Below are positions 27,317 through 39,440 of a DNA stretch of 64,000 bases, in pieces. The stretch is from Amoebidium appalachense. Lineage: Eukaryota > Protista > Ichthyosporea. Made by a program: the position numbers and the translations under genes. The DNA is taken from contig CAVNZM010000003.1 in assembly GCA_963693365.1 (NCBI GenBank), positions 9,546,782-9,610,781 on the forward strand, given 5' to 3'. The notes beneath the pieces are model-generated. The model did not search any database, was not told where the DNA came from, and was given only the letters and a program-made list of their open reading frames with translations. How positions within the stretch are numbered: position 1 is the first letter of the stretch; each line of letters starts with the position of its first letter.

Positions 27317-28532
27317 GGAGGAAAGAGGGGAAGGAGTGAGGGAGGAACGGAGGAAAATGGGGAGGGGAAGGAGTGAGGGAGGAACGGAGGAAAATGGGGA
27401 GGAGAAGTCAAGAGGGAGGGATTGAAGGAGGGCCGGGGCGAGGGGATGGGCTTGGGGTTTGGGGGGCAGGAGTTCATGTTTTGTGTTGTCAAACAGAACG
27501 GCTGACCTGCCTGCCATATGAATTGTGTGTTTTTGCTTCTGTTGGGCCTCCCGTGCAGTGCCGGATGTGCACATTTTTCACAATCATTATCACTTGCAAA
27601 TAGAAAGAAGCATGCCAACTCTTGGTTATTGCGTTTAGGTCATATTATGAGCTATTACCTACATTTTTAAATCTGATGCGTTAAATAGTTTATGACAAAA
27701 GGTATAAATATTGACTTACCGAACCGCAAATGCCTTAATGTGTTAGGTAAAGGCTTCAACTCTAAAAAGTAACATGTAATGAAACTACTAAACTGTGCGA
27801 CATTACTTATGTAAACTTTTTAAATTTTTAATATGATGGGGCGCAGGTGTGCCAGCGGCTCTTTGGGCCACACATTGGTCTTGTGAATGGCAGATACTTT
27901 TACTTTTAGACAAGGCAAAAGCATGAGGTCAAAATCCTTCTATAACTGTCAATAAATGATGTGAATGGTTTGTTTGTAAAACTTTAGATATAAATATTAT
28001 GGGGCGCAGGTGTGCCAGAGGTTCTTTGGGCCACACAGTGGTCTTGTGGACATGCTGGTAAAGCACGTGCAGCCACCGACAAAGGCTACAAGGGCATTGG
28101 TACGTGGCTGCTAATCTCATTCTCTTTTTATTTGTTTGTTTATTTTACTTCTTGTGTTCTTCTTTGTTCTTTCATTGTCTCTCAAGCTTTCTTGCTCTCT
28201 TGCTTTCTTTCTTGCTTCTTCCTCTTCTTTTTTGTTTCTCTTTTTTGTTTCTCTTTGCATACCCTTTCTGGAACCTGAGACCACCGGGTGCTGGGAGAAG
28301 GGGGGGGGGGGGGGGGGGGGAGGCTGTGTGAGTGGGTAGGGTTACCTAAGGGCGGGTCTGCACGTGTGTGTGTGTGTGTGTATGTGTGGTGGTGGTGGCG
28401 GTGGTGGTTGGGGGGGGGGGGGGGAGGGGGGGGGATGATGTTGTGTTGAGGGGAGATTTGTGTTGGGGAGTGGGAGTTGGTATGTGAGTGGATAGGGTTA
28501 CGTAGGGCTGTGTGTGTGTGCGTGTTTTTTTT

Positions 28533-28563
<31 letters not shown>

Positions 28564-29021
28564 GGGGGAGGGGGGGGGAGGGGGGGGGGGGGGGGGGGAG
28601 AGGGGGGGGAATGGATGTGTGTGTGAGGTGTATACGAATGTGCGTTGGTGGTAGGGTTCATTTCTATTCGAACACACTCGGCGCCCAGTGACCGTAAGCC
28701 CACACGGTACCCACTTACGTAAGCGTATGCGCCATCCACTTACGTAAGCGCACGGGACACCCATTAAGTAAGCACACCAAGCACCCACTTACGCAAGTAC
28801 GTGTGGCACCGACTTACGTAAGCACGTGTGGCACCTACTTACGTAAGCAAACAGGTGGAGAGCAACTACACCGGGGCCATGGACAGCAGTCTGGCCGAGT
28901 CCATGCTTGCATGCGACCCCGATGGGCCCCTCGTCATCAACGTCACGAAACTGTTCCCATCGGAGGTGGGTGGGTGGGTGGGCGTGTCTGGGTGTGTGTG
29001 TGTGTGTGTGTGTGTGTTTGG

Positions 29022-29053
<32 letters not shown>

Positions 29054-29068
29054 TGTGTAGGTGTGGAT

Positions 29069-29099
<31 letters not shown>

Positions 29100-29173
29100 A
29101 GGGGATGTGTGTAGGCGTGGGTGGTTGGGGGAGGGGGGGGGGGGGGAGGGGAGAGGGAGGGGGATGTGTGTGG

Positions 29174-29212
<39 letters not shown>

Positions 29213-29627
29213 CGGGGGGGGAGGGGGGGGTGGGGACGTGTGTGTGTGGCTGTGTGTGCACGTGTTCTGTGTGTGTGCCCACAACTACCGTCTGTATTAG
29301 ACGTTACTTACACCATTTCCTCTCTTCTCGCACAGGACGGAGCGATATTCTTTGCATGGGGCCGTATCATCAGCGGGACGGTAGAGAAGGGGCAGCAGGT
29401 GAGGGTGCTGGGTGAGGCATACACCCTGGAGGATGATGAGGATATGAAGGTCGAGACAGTGGCCAAGATATACATGCCTGAGGCAAGGTGTGTGGTTGTG
29501 GGTGTTTTTTCCCTTTGGTTTTACCTTTGTTGGGTGGGTGGGTGGATGGGCGTCTTTGTTCCTTTTTCTTTTCTTTCCTCTTTTCTTTCTTTCTTTTTGT
29601 GTGTGTGTGTGTTTTAGGGAGGAAGAG

Positions 29628-29667
<40 letters not shown>

Positions 29668-29755
29668 CCTGGGTTAGGCCGGCAGGTGTGGGCATGCTGG
29701 TGGTGGGTGGGTAGATGGGCATGTGTTCGTGCCTGCCTGCCTGCCTGCCTGCCTG

Positions 29756-29795
<40 letters not shown>

Positions 29796-29800
29796 TGTTT

Positions 29801-29851
<51 letters not shown>

Positions 29852-32031
29852 CGCTAGTTTTACTCGTTGCCATTCTCTTTTGTTTCGTCTCCGATGTATA
29901 TCCACATGCCACACACAAAATGCTTGGACGGGCAGCGTTGGAACACCCTTGGGGGAGAGTGTTTGTGCGTGTGTGTGTGTGTTTGGGGGGTGGGGGAGGA
30001 GGCGCAGCGGGTCATGGATATGTTGTCAGTGCACTCATACACAATCTCTCGTGCATTTATGCACACACATTCATACACAAACACACACGCGCACACTCAC
30101 GAACACACACACACACACATACACACACACACACACCGGGTGCCCGCCCATGTGCACGTGCGTCTACTTACACACATGCACACAACCGCTACCTTAGATG
30201 TGTGCTCGTGGGATACACCTTAGTCCAGCTGCTACAGACTTGATATTACATCTATGAGTTCTGCACATGCGTATTCTATAACCACCAGGCCATAAACCGA
30301 CCATGACCTTATATAGACACATTCATATCCATATCTTTGCCATTTATCAACATGCCCTCAATCTTACCATATATGGCCACAGATACAAGGTCGAGGTGTC
30401 ACGAATGGGCGCAGGCAACTGGGTGCTTCTGGAAGGCGTCGACCAGTGAGTCCCCCCCCCCCCCCCCCTCCCCCCCCTCCACCCCTCCCCCCCCCCCCCC
30501 CCCCCCTTCCCCCCGGCCCCCCTCTTCCTCCTCCTCCTCCTCTTGACCTCCTGACACAAATACATACACAGATGTGTGGGCACCCATAGGAGGCCAACCT
30601 CCCCCCCCCAAAAAAAAAAAAAAAAAAAAGCTACCACCGATCCATGGATTTCCATCCATTGTCACCTGTGCTTTCTATCTGCTTTTGTGGTTGCCTAACT
30701 GTCTCATCCCTCTTCCCGTTGCCCACATGAGTGGCATTTCCAATTCGAAATTCGGGTTTTCGTTTAAAAAACAAGAGAGAGAAAGAAAAAATCGTGGTGA
30801 CGAAAAAAAAGGGAGAGAAAGAAAAAATCATGGTGACGATCACCACGATCACTATGTAGCGATCAAGCTCATGATGCTCTAAACTTAAAATTCTACTTTT
30901 AATGTCAGGTTCATCATGAAGACGGCCACGATCACGAACATGCAGGCTGATAATGCTTAAAGCTAGATTTACATTTTGAAATCAGGTCCATCGTGGAGAC
31001 AACCACGATCATGAGCATTCCAGGCTGATGATGCTTTAAACTCAATTTAAAAAACAATGAACACCGCAACGATCACTAGCGTGCAAGTAGATGATGCTAT
31101 AAACTAAACTTTAAATCTTAAAATCAGGTCCATTATGAAGACGGCCACGATCACGAGCATGCAGGCCGATGACGCGTGCATCTTCCGGCCTTTGCCCTTC
31201 AACACTCAGTCGGTCTGCAAGGTGGCCGTGGAGCCACTGAACCCGTCAGAGCTGCCCAAGGTAAAATTTAAACATCGAACAAAAGTTCAAGCTGGGGTTG
31301 TAACACGTTTAAACCGGTGAGCCCCGTTGCTTACTCTGTCTGTGTGATTACTGCGCAAGCAAAAAATCCGTTCGGTTGGGAAACGTGGTGTTGGCATGTA
31401 AAGGAAGGGGACGTGTTTTTCTCGTTGGTTTTAAGACGGAAGGTACGGCATTGGTCCCTGATGTGTGTGTGCGTGTGTTTTGGGGGGGGGGGGGGGGGGG
31501 GGGGGGGTGGTTGCTCACCTGGTTTAGTGTTTGGGATGTGTGGGCATGGGCAAGCCTATAGGCCTGTACGGGCCGGAGAGAGTGTGAAACATGTGATCTT
31601 TGGTGCAGGTGGGTGTAGGCGAGAAGGAAGGGGGGGGGGGGGGGGGATGGGAAGGAGCAGGGGATGTTGTGTGCGTGTGATTGCTTCTGCCTTGTTCATT
31701 TCGTTTTTTAATGTGCGGAAAGAGAGTGATCAAATGCATGACATTCCCACTTGCTCTACACGCCCCACATCCACCCTCCGCTTTCATTTCTTCCCCCCCC
31801 CCCCCCCCCCCGGACCCTGCCTGCATTTTTGCTGACAACTAGCCAATCAGATGTTGGAGGGTCTTCGAGCAGTGAACAAGACGTACCCACTGCTTCAGAC
31901 CAAGGTGGAGGAGAGTGGGGAGCACATCATCCTGGGCACTGGGGAGCTGTACATGGACTGTGCCATGCACGACCTGAGACAGGTCTATGCAGGTACGTGT
32001 GGAATAAAGCACGCACGCGCGCGCGCACGCA

Positions 32032-32071
<40 letters not shown>

Positions 32072-32201
32072 TGCTCCTCCTCCCCCGCCCGGGGGAGAGG
32101 GGGGGGGGGGGGGGGAAGGGTGGAGGATGTGTGTGCGGTTGGGGGTGTGACAAATGTGGGTTTGCGTGTGTGTGTGTTTGTTGGTGTGTCTGGGGGGGGG
32201 T

Positions 32202-32243
<42 letters not shown>

Positions 32244-32407
32244 AATTGGATGGGGATGCTTGTGTGTGAGGGACTCGGGGCTAAGGGGGGGGGGGGGGGG
32301 GGGGCTCAAACCGCTACAAGAGACTTCGAATGTACACCTAACTTCGTTGCTCCTCTCCCCCCTTCCCCCCCTAACTGCCAAAAACGACAGGCCCCTGCAT
32401 GCACACT

Positions 32408-32487
<80 letters not shown>

Positions 32488-32931
32488 CATATGCACACAC
32501 ATACCCACGCACACATGCACATGCACACACATACCCACACAAACACACGCACACACATACACACACACACACACACACGCACACACGCGTACACACATAC
32601 GTTCACACATAGACATGATGGTCAAGGTATCTGACCCGGTGGTGACATTCCGTGAAACCGTTGTGGAGACATCCTCCATCAAGTGCTTTGCCGAAACGCC
32701 AAACAAAAAGTACGTATTGCACGTGGCAGAAAACCAATAATATCCACATGTATACATGGAAACTGTGCTTCACTTTGAAAACTGTTGCTCGGCTGGCAAG
32801 GGGAGAGGCGGATGTTTTGTTCATGTTGTATGGGTGGGTGGAGGCATCGATGGGTGTGTGCGCGTGTTTGTGTGCATGTGTGTGTGTGTCGGTGGTTCCG
32901 TGCCTGTCTGTGCGGGTGTGTGTTTTTGTTT

Positions 32932-32968
<37 letters not shown>

Positions 32969-34423
32969 TTCTTTGTGTCCACGTGTGCATGTGTGTGCAC
33001 CCGTGCATGCGCACACACGCACTCTTAGTTCTGCCTGCCAAGATGCGTGCCCTTGTGTATCATCGCATCGTCCCCGATACCTGCCTGCATACCTTCCATG
33101 CTTGTGCATCCGTGCAAACACGTGCGCACGTGTGCCTACATGCACATGTGCACACTTACATGCACGTGCACACACTTACATGCACGTTTTAACACGTGCA
33201 CGTGCTTGCAGGAACAAGCTGACGATGATCAGTGAGCCGCTGGAGAAGGGGCTGGCTGAGGACATCGAGAACCACGTGGTGGATGTGAACTGGCCAAAGA
33301 AGAAGCTAGGTGCGTATTCGCGAATATTGGAGAACATTATGGAGTATTTGCGAGTACTCTTAGGTTGTGCTTTGGCTATTTTGCATATCCACGTGTTTTC
33401 TACATGGGAAAGAAGTGGCTGGGTGGGTATTCTGGGATATTCTAGGGTATTATCCGAGTATTATTAGGGTATGCTTTGAATATATTTGCATATTCGCGTG
33501 TATTCATGTTGGGAAAAGAGAAGATGGGTGTGTATTCTGGAATATTTTAGATCATTTCCGAGTACTCGGAGGTTATGCTTTGGCTGCAAATGCACATCCT
33601 ATTGTATTCATGGTCGGAAAGGAAGCTGGGTGTGTAATTCCGAATATTCTCGAAAGTCCTAAGATTCTTATTTGACGATGCCTGCATATTCACATGTGTG
33701 TGGAGTATTGCGGGCATGTTGCTATGTGCAATGTATTCATTTTGGTAGGGAAGAAGCTTGGTGCGTACTTCTGAAAATTTCTGGTTGTTTTGCGCCTATG
33801 CTTGACTATCCTTGCATATCATGACGTGTGTCCATCTTTGGGAAGGGAGAAGCTCGATGTATATTCTTCAATAGTCTTGATTATCCTGGCACATGTGTCG
33901 ACTGTAAAGTGCCTATTGAATGGTATTCATATTTGCAGAGAAGAATCTGTGATAGGCATGTTTCCCTAAGTATTGCAAGTTTTCTTTGCTTCACGCCTTC
34001 ATTAGCCTGCATTTTTACGTGCATTCATCTTGGAAGCATTACTTGCTATCGAGTGTGAGCTCGCATTGCCACAGGGAAAGTCAGGAAACAGAAGGCATTC
34101 TTTGTTTGCTGTCATTACCCATGCTCTCCGTTTTTGTGGTGGTCTTTGCTTGTTGGTGTGACTCCTTGCTTGTTTTTGTGGTGATCTGTGACCAACGGAG
34201 TTGGGGAGGTGTCAAGATTGCGTGTTTATGCATGCACACACGTACGTGGACACGCACACACGCTGAAAACACACACGCACACATAAACACACTTAATCAC
34301 TCACTCACTCACTCACTCACTCACTCACTCACTCACTCGCTTGAACTCGGATCTCCCCCCCCCCCCCCCCCCCCCCCCAATACCCTTCCCCTCCCCCCTC
34401 CCGTGACCCCCCCTCCACACACA

Positions 34424-34462
<39 letters not shown>

Positions 34463-34724
34463 ACACAGGCGACTTCTTCCAAACCAAGTACGACTGGGAT
34501 CTTCTAGCCGCACGTTCCATCTGGGCGTTTGGCCCCGACAGCCAAGGCCCCAATATTCTCGTTGACGACACTTTGCCCTCTGAAGTGAACAAGCAGCTCT
34601 TGGGGAGTGTGAAGGATTCGGTGGTGCAAGGGTTTCAATGGGCAACGAGGGAAGGCCCGTTGTGCGATGAACGTACGTGTTGGTTGTACCTGCATACCCC
34701 CCCCCCCCCCCCCCCCCCCCCTCT

Positions 34725-34809
<85 letters not shown>

Positions 34810-35835
34810 TTCGCCCTCCTCCTTGACCTTGTGTGTTGTACATGTTTACCCCTTCACCCTCCCTTACCCTTACACTGATTACATATTATCCCCTTTAACC
34901 CCTCCCCCCCCCCCCCTGAGTTCCTATCTATATTTTTCTTGCTTCTGCTTACTGCTGCATCTTTAACCCCCGGCCTTTCCCACTGCCCTTGCCTGCATAA
35001 GCAACCCTGCTCGTCTCTGATCAAGACGGGTGACCTACTCATGTTCAAGTGAAACAGTATCTGAGTTGGGTTTCGTTAACGAGGGGAATAGGTCGAAACT
35101 CGGGTACTGTGGATGACGTGGGCCCCCCCTGAGGATGGGCTCTGCTTATTATGCATACTCTTTATGTATGGCTTGCATTCTGCATCGTGTTATCCGTTTG
35201 TTCTTGTGTACTTCGTACTTTTTGACGCATTCAAACCCAACCCCCCCCCTCCTCCCCCCCAACTCTCTCTCTGTTGATGCCTTTTGCATTATTCCCATTA
35301 TCGTCACTCCTCTCTGCTTTTGTGTTGTGCTTAATTGAAATTACTTCTTCCCCCCCCCCCCCCCCCCCCTTTTCCCCCTCAGGTAGCACCTGAGTTGCTC
35401 TTCCGGCCCATTACTAATTATCCGCTATCCAAATATACCTGTATGTAACCCACTACCCAAACATCCCCATGAAATAGAGCAAGATTTTTACCAACCACAA
35501 CTATTCAACCCACTGCGTATGCAAACACCACCAATAGAAGAAAGAATCCCACAATCAAACCCCACCACTTAACCATCCTTATACCTGCAGCGATCCGCAA
35601 TGTCAAGTTCAAGATTCTTGATGCCACGATAGCAGACAGTCCCATCCACCGGGGGGGTGGCCAGGTCATCCCCACCTCCAGACGTGTGGCTTACTCTGCT
35701 TTCCTCATGGTAGAGTATTCCCCTCCCCCAAACACGCACACACACACTTACACACACACACCCTCTCTCTAAGCGCACACTCACACGCGCAGTCCCCAAG
35801 GCGCCTGTGCTCGCATATGCACGATCTCTCACTCC

Positions 35836-35882
<47 letters not shown>

Positions 35883-35915
35883 CCTGTCTCCTTTCTCTGT
35901 CCTCTCTCTCTCCTT

Positions 35916-35954
<39 letters not shown>

Positions 35955-36024
35955 CTCTCCTCTCTCTCTCTTCTCTCTCTTTCTCTCCCTGTCTCCTTTC
36001 TCTGTCCTCTCTCCCTCCCTCTCT

Positions 36025-36106
<82 letters not shown>

Positions 36107-36184
36107 AGCTCTCTCCCTCTCCCGTCCGCCTGTCTTTATCAATCTCCCTAGTGCGGGGCTTGTATCAAGACCGGCATCACCATA

Positions 36185-36220
<36 letters not shown>

Positions 36221-36623
36221 AACCCCACCCCACCCCACCCCCCTCTCCCCCCGGCTGCTGACTTATGCCGTGCAGGCCACCCCCCGGCTTATGGAGCCCT
36301 ACTACTACGTGGAGGCACAGGCACCGGCAGACTGCGTGTCAGCTGTATACACCGTGCTTGCAAGGAGGAGGTGGGGAACCCATTTCATTTGCTCTTTTTT
36401 TTTGGGGGGGGGGGGGGGTTGCTCCCTGCATGTGTATCTGACCCACACCCAATCAAAACGCACAGAGGTCACGTGGTTCAGGACGGGCCCAAGGCCGGGT
36501 CACCCCTGTACGTGATCAAGGCATACATCCCTGTCATGGACTCGTTTGGCTTCGAGACGGATCTGCGCACATACACACAGGGGCAGGCATTCTGTCTGTC
36601 TGTGTTCGACCACTGGCAGGTGG

Positions 36624-36680
<57 letters not shown>

Positions 36681-36682
36681 GG

Positions 36683-36777
<95 letters not shown>

Positions 36778-36931
36778 AATGGGGGGGGGGGGGGGGGGGG
36801 GGGGGGGCTGTTAATGCTTTGTGTGGGGCTGTTGCGTGTGTAGAGCGCCGGGGGAGGGGGGGGGGGGGGGGGGGGGGGGGAGGTAATTGTGCTCATGCCC
36901 TTGTACTTGTATATGGACCCATTCCCCTCTT

Positions 36932-36962
<31 letters not shown>

Positions 36963-37905
36963 CCACCACCACCACGCCCCATTTCTTTCTATTCACGTTT
37001 GCTCTAGGTATACACGCCAGCGTTTCCTGGTACTGATTCTTGGTTATGCGATCCACGGACACGCACGTACACCTACACCTACACCTACACCCCCAGATTG
37101 TGCCCGGTGATCCGCTCGACAAGAGCATTCTTATTCGGCCGTTGGAGCCCCAACCTGCCCCTGCTCTTGCCCGTGACTTCATGGTGAAGACACGCAGACG
37201 AAAGGTGACCCCCCCCCCCCCCCCCCCCCCCCCCCCTTGCATGTGTCCTGCACCATTCTTCTCATTGTGTATGTGTACTTGGTACCGTGTTCCGCATTCA
37301 ACCCCCCCCCCCCCCCCCCCCCCCCCCGGGGGGCGATCTTAACCCATGCAGGTCTACTTGATATACATCATTTTAGTAGTGTCCCACCCCCCTCCCCCCC
37401 CTCCCCCCCCCCCCGGGAGGGGGGAGTGAGAATGAAATGGTCTCCTGCTGTTGAGGGTGATTTTTCTGCGTGGCCGCTCGTAACCCACACATTCACCCAC
37501 TCCCTCCCTCCTACCTTCTTCTCCCTCCCGTGCGTGCGTGCATGCGTGTGTGCGTGTGGGTGCGCGATAATTATCTGGGATACTCCGGTTAGGTTCCTGC
37601 GTTCCCGGTGTGCTCTGTTTTTGGATCATCTCGACTGAGGCTGACGTCCTTGGCGGAATTCACACACACACGTTTACACACACACACACGAGTACACACG
37701 AACACACACACACTCAAGCACACACGCGCGCACGCGCGCGCACACACTCTCTCTCTCTTTCACGTACGTACACACACACACACACATACACACACACACA
37801 CACACACAGGGGCTGAGCGAGGATGTGAGCATCAACAAGTTCTTCGACGACCCCATGTTGTTGGAGCTGGCCAAGCAGGACGTTATGCTCTCCTACGCGA
37901 TGTAA
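17746..37905 (+). CDS. EFTUD2: 116 kDa U5 snRNP component / Snu114 spliceosomal GTPase, 25 exons, 980 aa
   Basis: Exons: 17746-17914, 18722-18790, 19957-20086, 21307-21451, 21827-21953, 22660-22742, 23570-23684, 24154-24205, 24981-25108, 26038-26195, 27013-27117, 28010-28099, 28855-28965, 29336-29487, 30383-30445, 31128-31260, 31851-31992, 32613-32709, 33212-33309, 34469-34672, 35591-35709, 36276-36370, 36466-36619, 37097-37204, 37810-37905. All introns are GT-AG and phase-consistent; total 2943 nt. Motifs: [64 protein letters not shown]. Confidence 0.98.
19043..19224 (+). mobile_element. C-tract-associated non-LTR family, copy 1 (EFTUD2 intron 2)
   Basis: Near-identical to the 3' ends of copies at 34915-35235 and 59743-60431; ends GCATTCAAA followed by a C tract. 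Confidence 0.85.
22896..22996 (+). mobile_element. C-tract-associated non-LTR family, old diverged copy 2 (intron 6)
   Basis: Starts ATGGGCTCTGCTTATTATGCATACTC, as in the other copies; the rest is degenerate and ends ACACATTCTTTA before C-rich sequence. Confidence 0.65.
23445..23581 (+). repeat. 57-bp degenerate tandem repeat over the exon 7 acceptor
   Basis: GATATCAG acceptors end at 23455, 23512 and 23569 (57-nt spacing) and share AAAATACGTAGCTGAT. Confidence 0.8.
24395..24582. repeat. Intronic minisatellite, 64 bp x3
   Basis: ATATGCACTCGAAAACACACGCACCC...GAAGGAACCTACT starts at 24395, 24459 and 24523. Confidence 0.95.
25506..25659 (+). mobile_element. C-tract-associated non-LTR family, copy 3 (intron 9)
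   Basis: Diverged match (CGGGTACTGTGGATGACGTGGGCCCCCCCTGAGGATG...CATTCAAA) with C tracts on both sides. Confidence 0.85.
27811..27890 (+). repeat. Partial duplicate of the exon 12 acceptor and first 13 codons (ghost exon)
   Basis: GGGGCGCAG|GTGTGCCAGCGGCTCTTTGGGCCACACATTGGTCTTGTG lies 163 bp upstream of the true GGGGCGCAG|GTGTGCCAGAGGTTCTTTGGGCCACACAGTGGTCTTGTG. Confidence 0.92.
28705..28850 (+). repeat. ~25-bp degenerate tandem repeat (~6 units) with CTTACGTAAG palindrome before exon 13
   Basis: Recurrent (GCACC)nACTTACGTAAGC units ending just before the CAG acceptor at 28852-28854. Confidence 0.85.
30825..31175 (+). repeat. ~65-77-bp degenerate tandem repeat over the exon 16 acceptor (4 ghost units plus the true exon start)
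   Basis: Units encode variants of [16 protein letters not shown]: [29 protein letters not shown] and [14 protein letters not shown]. Ghost CAG acceptors are at 30906-30908 and 30983-30985. Confidence 0.92.
33296..33950 (+). repeat. ~105-bp degenerate tandem repeat (~6 units) beginning across the exon 19 donor
   Basis: GAAGAAGCTAG|GTGCGTATTC..GAATATT recurs in decayed form at ~33406, 33511, 33616, 33748 and 33840. Confidence 0.75.
34915..35235 (+). mobile_element. C-tract-associated non-LTR family, copy 4 (intron 20)
   Basis: ~320 bp nearly identical to 60111-60431; begins in a C run and ends GCATTCAAA before a C-rich tract. Confidence 0.9.
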
Positions 37906-39387
37906 ATCGCCTGGCGCGATCGGGAAAATTTGCTATCGGATCGGATCGGATTGAATAAGGTTTGATCGGATCTAATCGGGAAGATGCAAGAGTGAAGACG
38001 GGTGGAGTGTTTGGTGGAGTGGGAGAGAAGTGATGTGATTGGAGGAGAAATGAGATTTTGACCTGCATATGTGAGGCTGGTGCGTGTGTCAAAACGGCGG
38101 ACATACAGACAGCCATAGAAAAAAGGGGGGGGGGGGGGGGGGTGGGGAGAGGGGGGGGGGGGGGGGGGGGGGGGGACGATTTACTTCGACTTCACTGCGG
38201 TTGCAGCTAGGAGGCGTATATTTAGCTTATTTTGTTTTCTTTTTTTTTTTTTTTTTTTTCGGAAAGTAAAGGAGAGGGGGGGGGGGGGGGGGGGGGCTCG
38301 TTTCTTGTGATTTCGTGTAAGGACCCCATTCTGTGATTTCAGGATGGTTTGGGTCCTGTCGAGCTGTGGGTTAGGGTTGGAAAATATTCGATGTGTCGAC
38401 GTTCAGATAGGTAGTGGTGTGGGTGCACGTGTGTGTGGGTGTGGGGGGGGGGGGGGGGGGGGGGGGGGGGCATGCAGGCACCGACGTTTTTGGGTGGTTT
38501 TTTTTTTTTTTTGGTTTTTTGGTTTTTTTGGTTTTTTGTACATAAGCAAAGCTATATGCATGGCTATACAATGGGCTTACTGTACAAACCGTACAGTCAT
38601 TTCTGAATCGAAGCAAAATAAACCGAATGCATGGTTCAGATGTAGCTACCATCTCGTGGGATCCGTGTTTCTCTCCCCCCCCCCCCCCCCCCCCCCCCAA
38701 ACACATACAATCACACACAGGCGCGCGCACACATACGTCACACACAGCAGCTGTGACATTCACACACACACGTGCTCAGAACGCACACGCACCACATTTC
38801 CGCGTACCAACGTGTACGCACGGCACACACACACGCACACGCACACGCACTTGCACACTGCACACTATATATAGTAAGCAGTCCCGTATCCGTACTAGCT
38901 ACTGACGTGTGTTATTAAAAGGCGCAACATTTTCCATTGGTGTTCTTGGTTGTGTGTACACGTGTATGCGTGTGTGCGTGTGTGCGCGCGTGACACTGTG
39001 CACATATGTGCGTGTTTGTGTGCATGTGTGTGTGTCGTTTGTGTGTACATGTGTGTGTTCATCCGCACGAGCAGTACGAGTGAGCCATCTGAGTGTGTGT
39101 GCATGTCCCGGTGTCTATAGATGTTTCGGGGGGGATCGGGGGAGGGAGGAGAGGGCTGGAGGGGGAGGGGGGGAGGGGGGGGGGGGGGGGCAGATAGGGA
39201 GAGGAGAGAGAGAGAGCAAGATTTTGACTGGATCGCGATTTAAGAGAGCGAGAGAGAGAGAGAGAGGAAGGGAGAGCGGAGAGAGTTGAAAAAGAAGAGA
39301 GCGAGAGAAAGCGGAGAGTGGGTGAGAGAGAGGGAGGGCGTGGGAGGAGATCTCTAGAGAGAGAGAAGAGAGGGAAAGGGAGACCCT

Positions 39388-39440
<53 letters not shown>

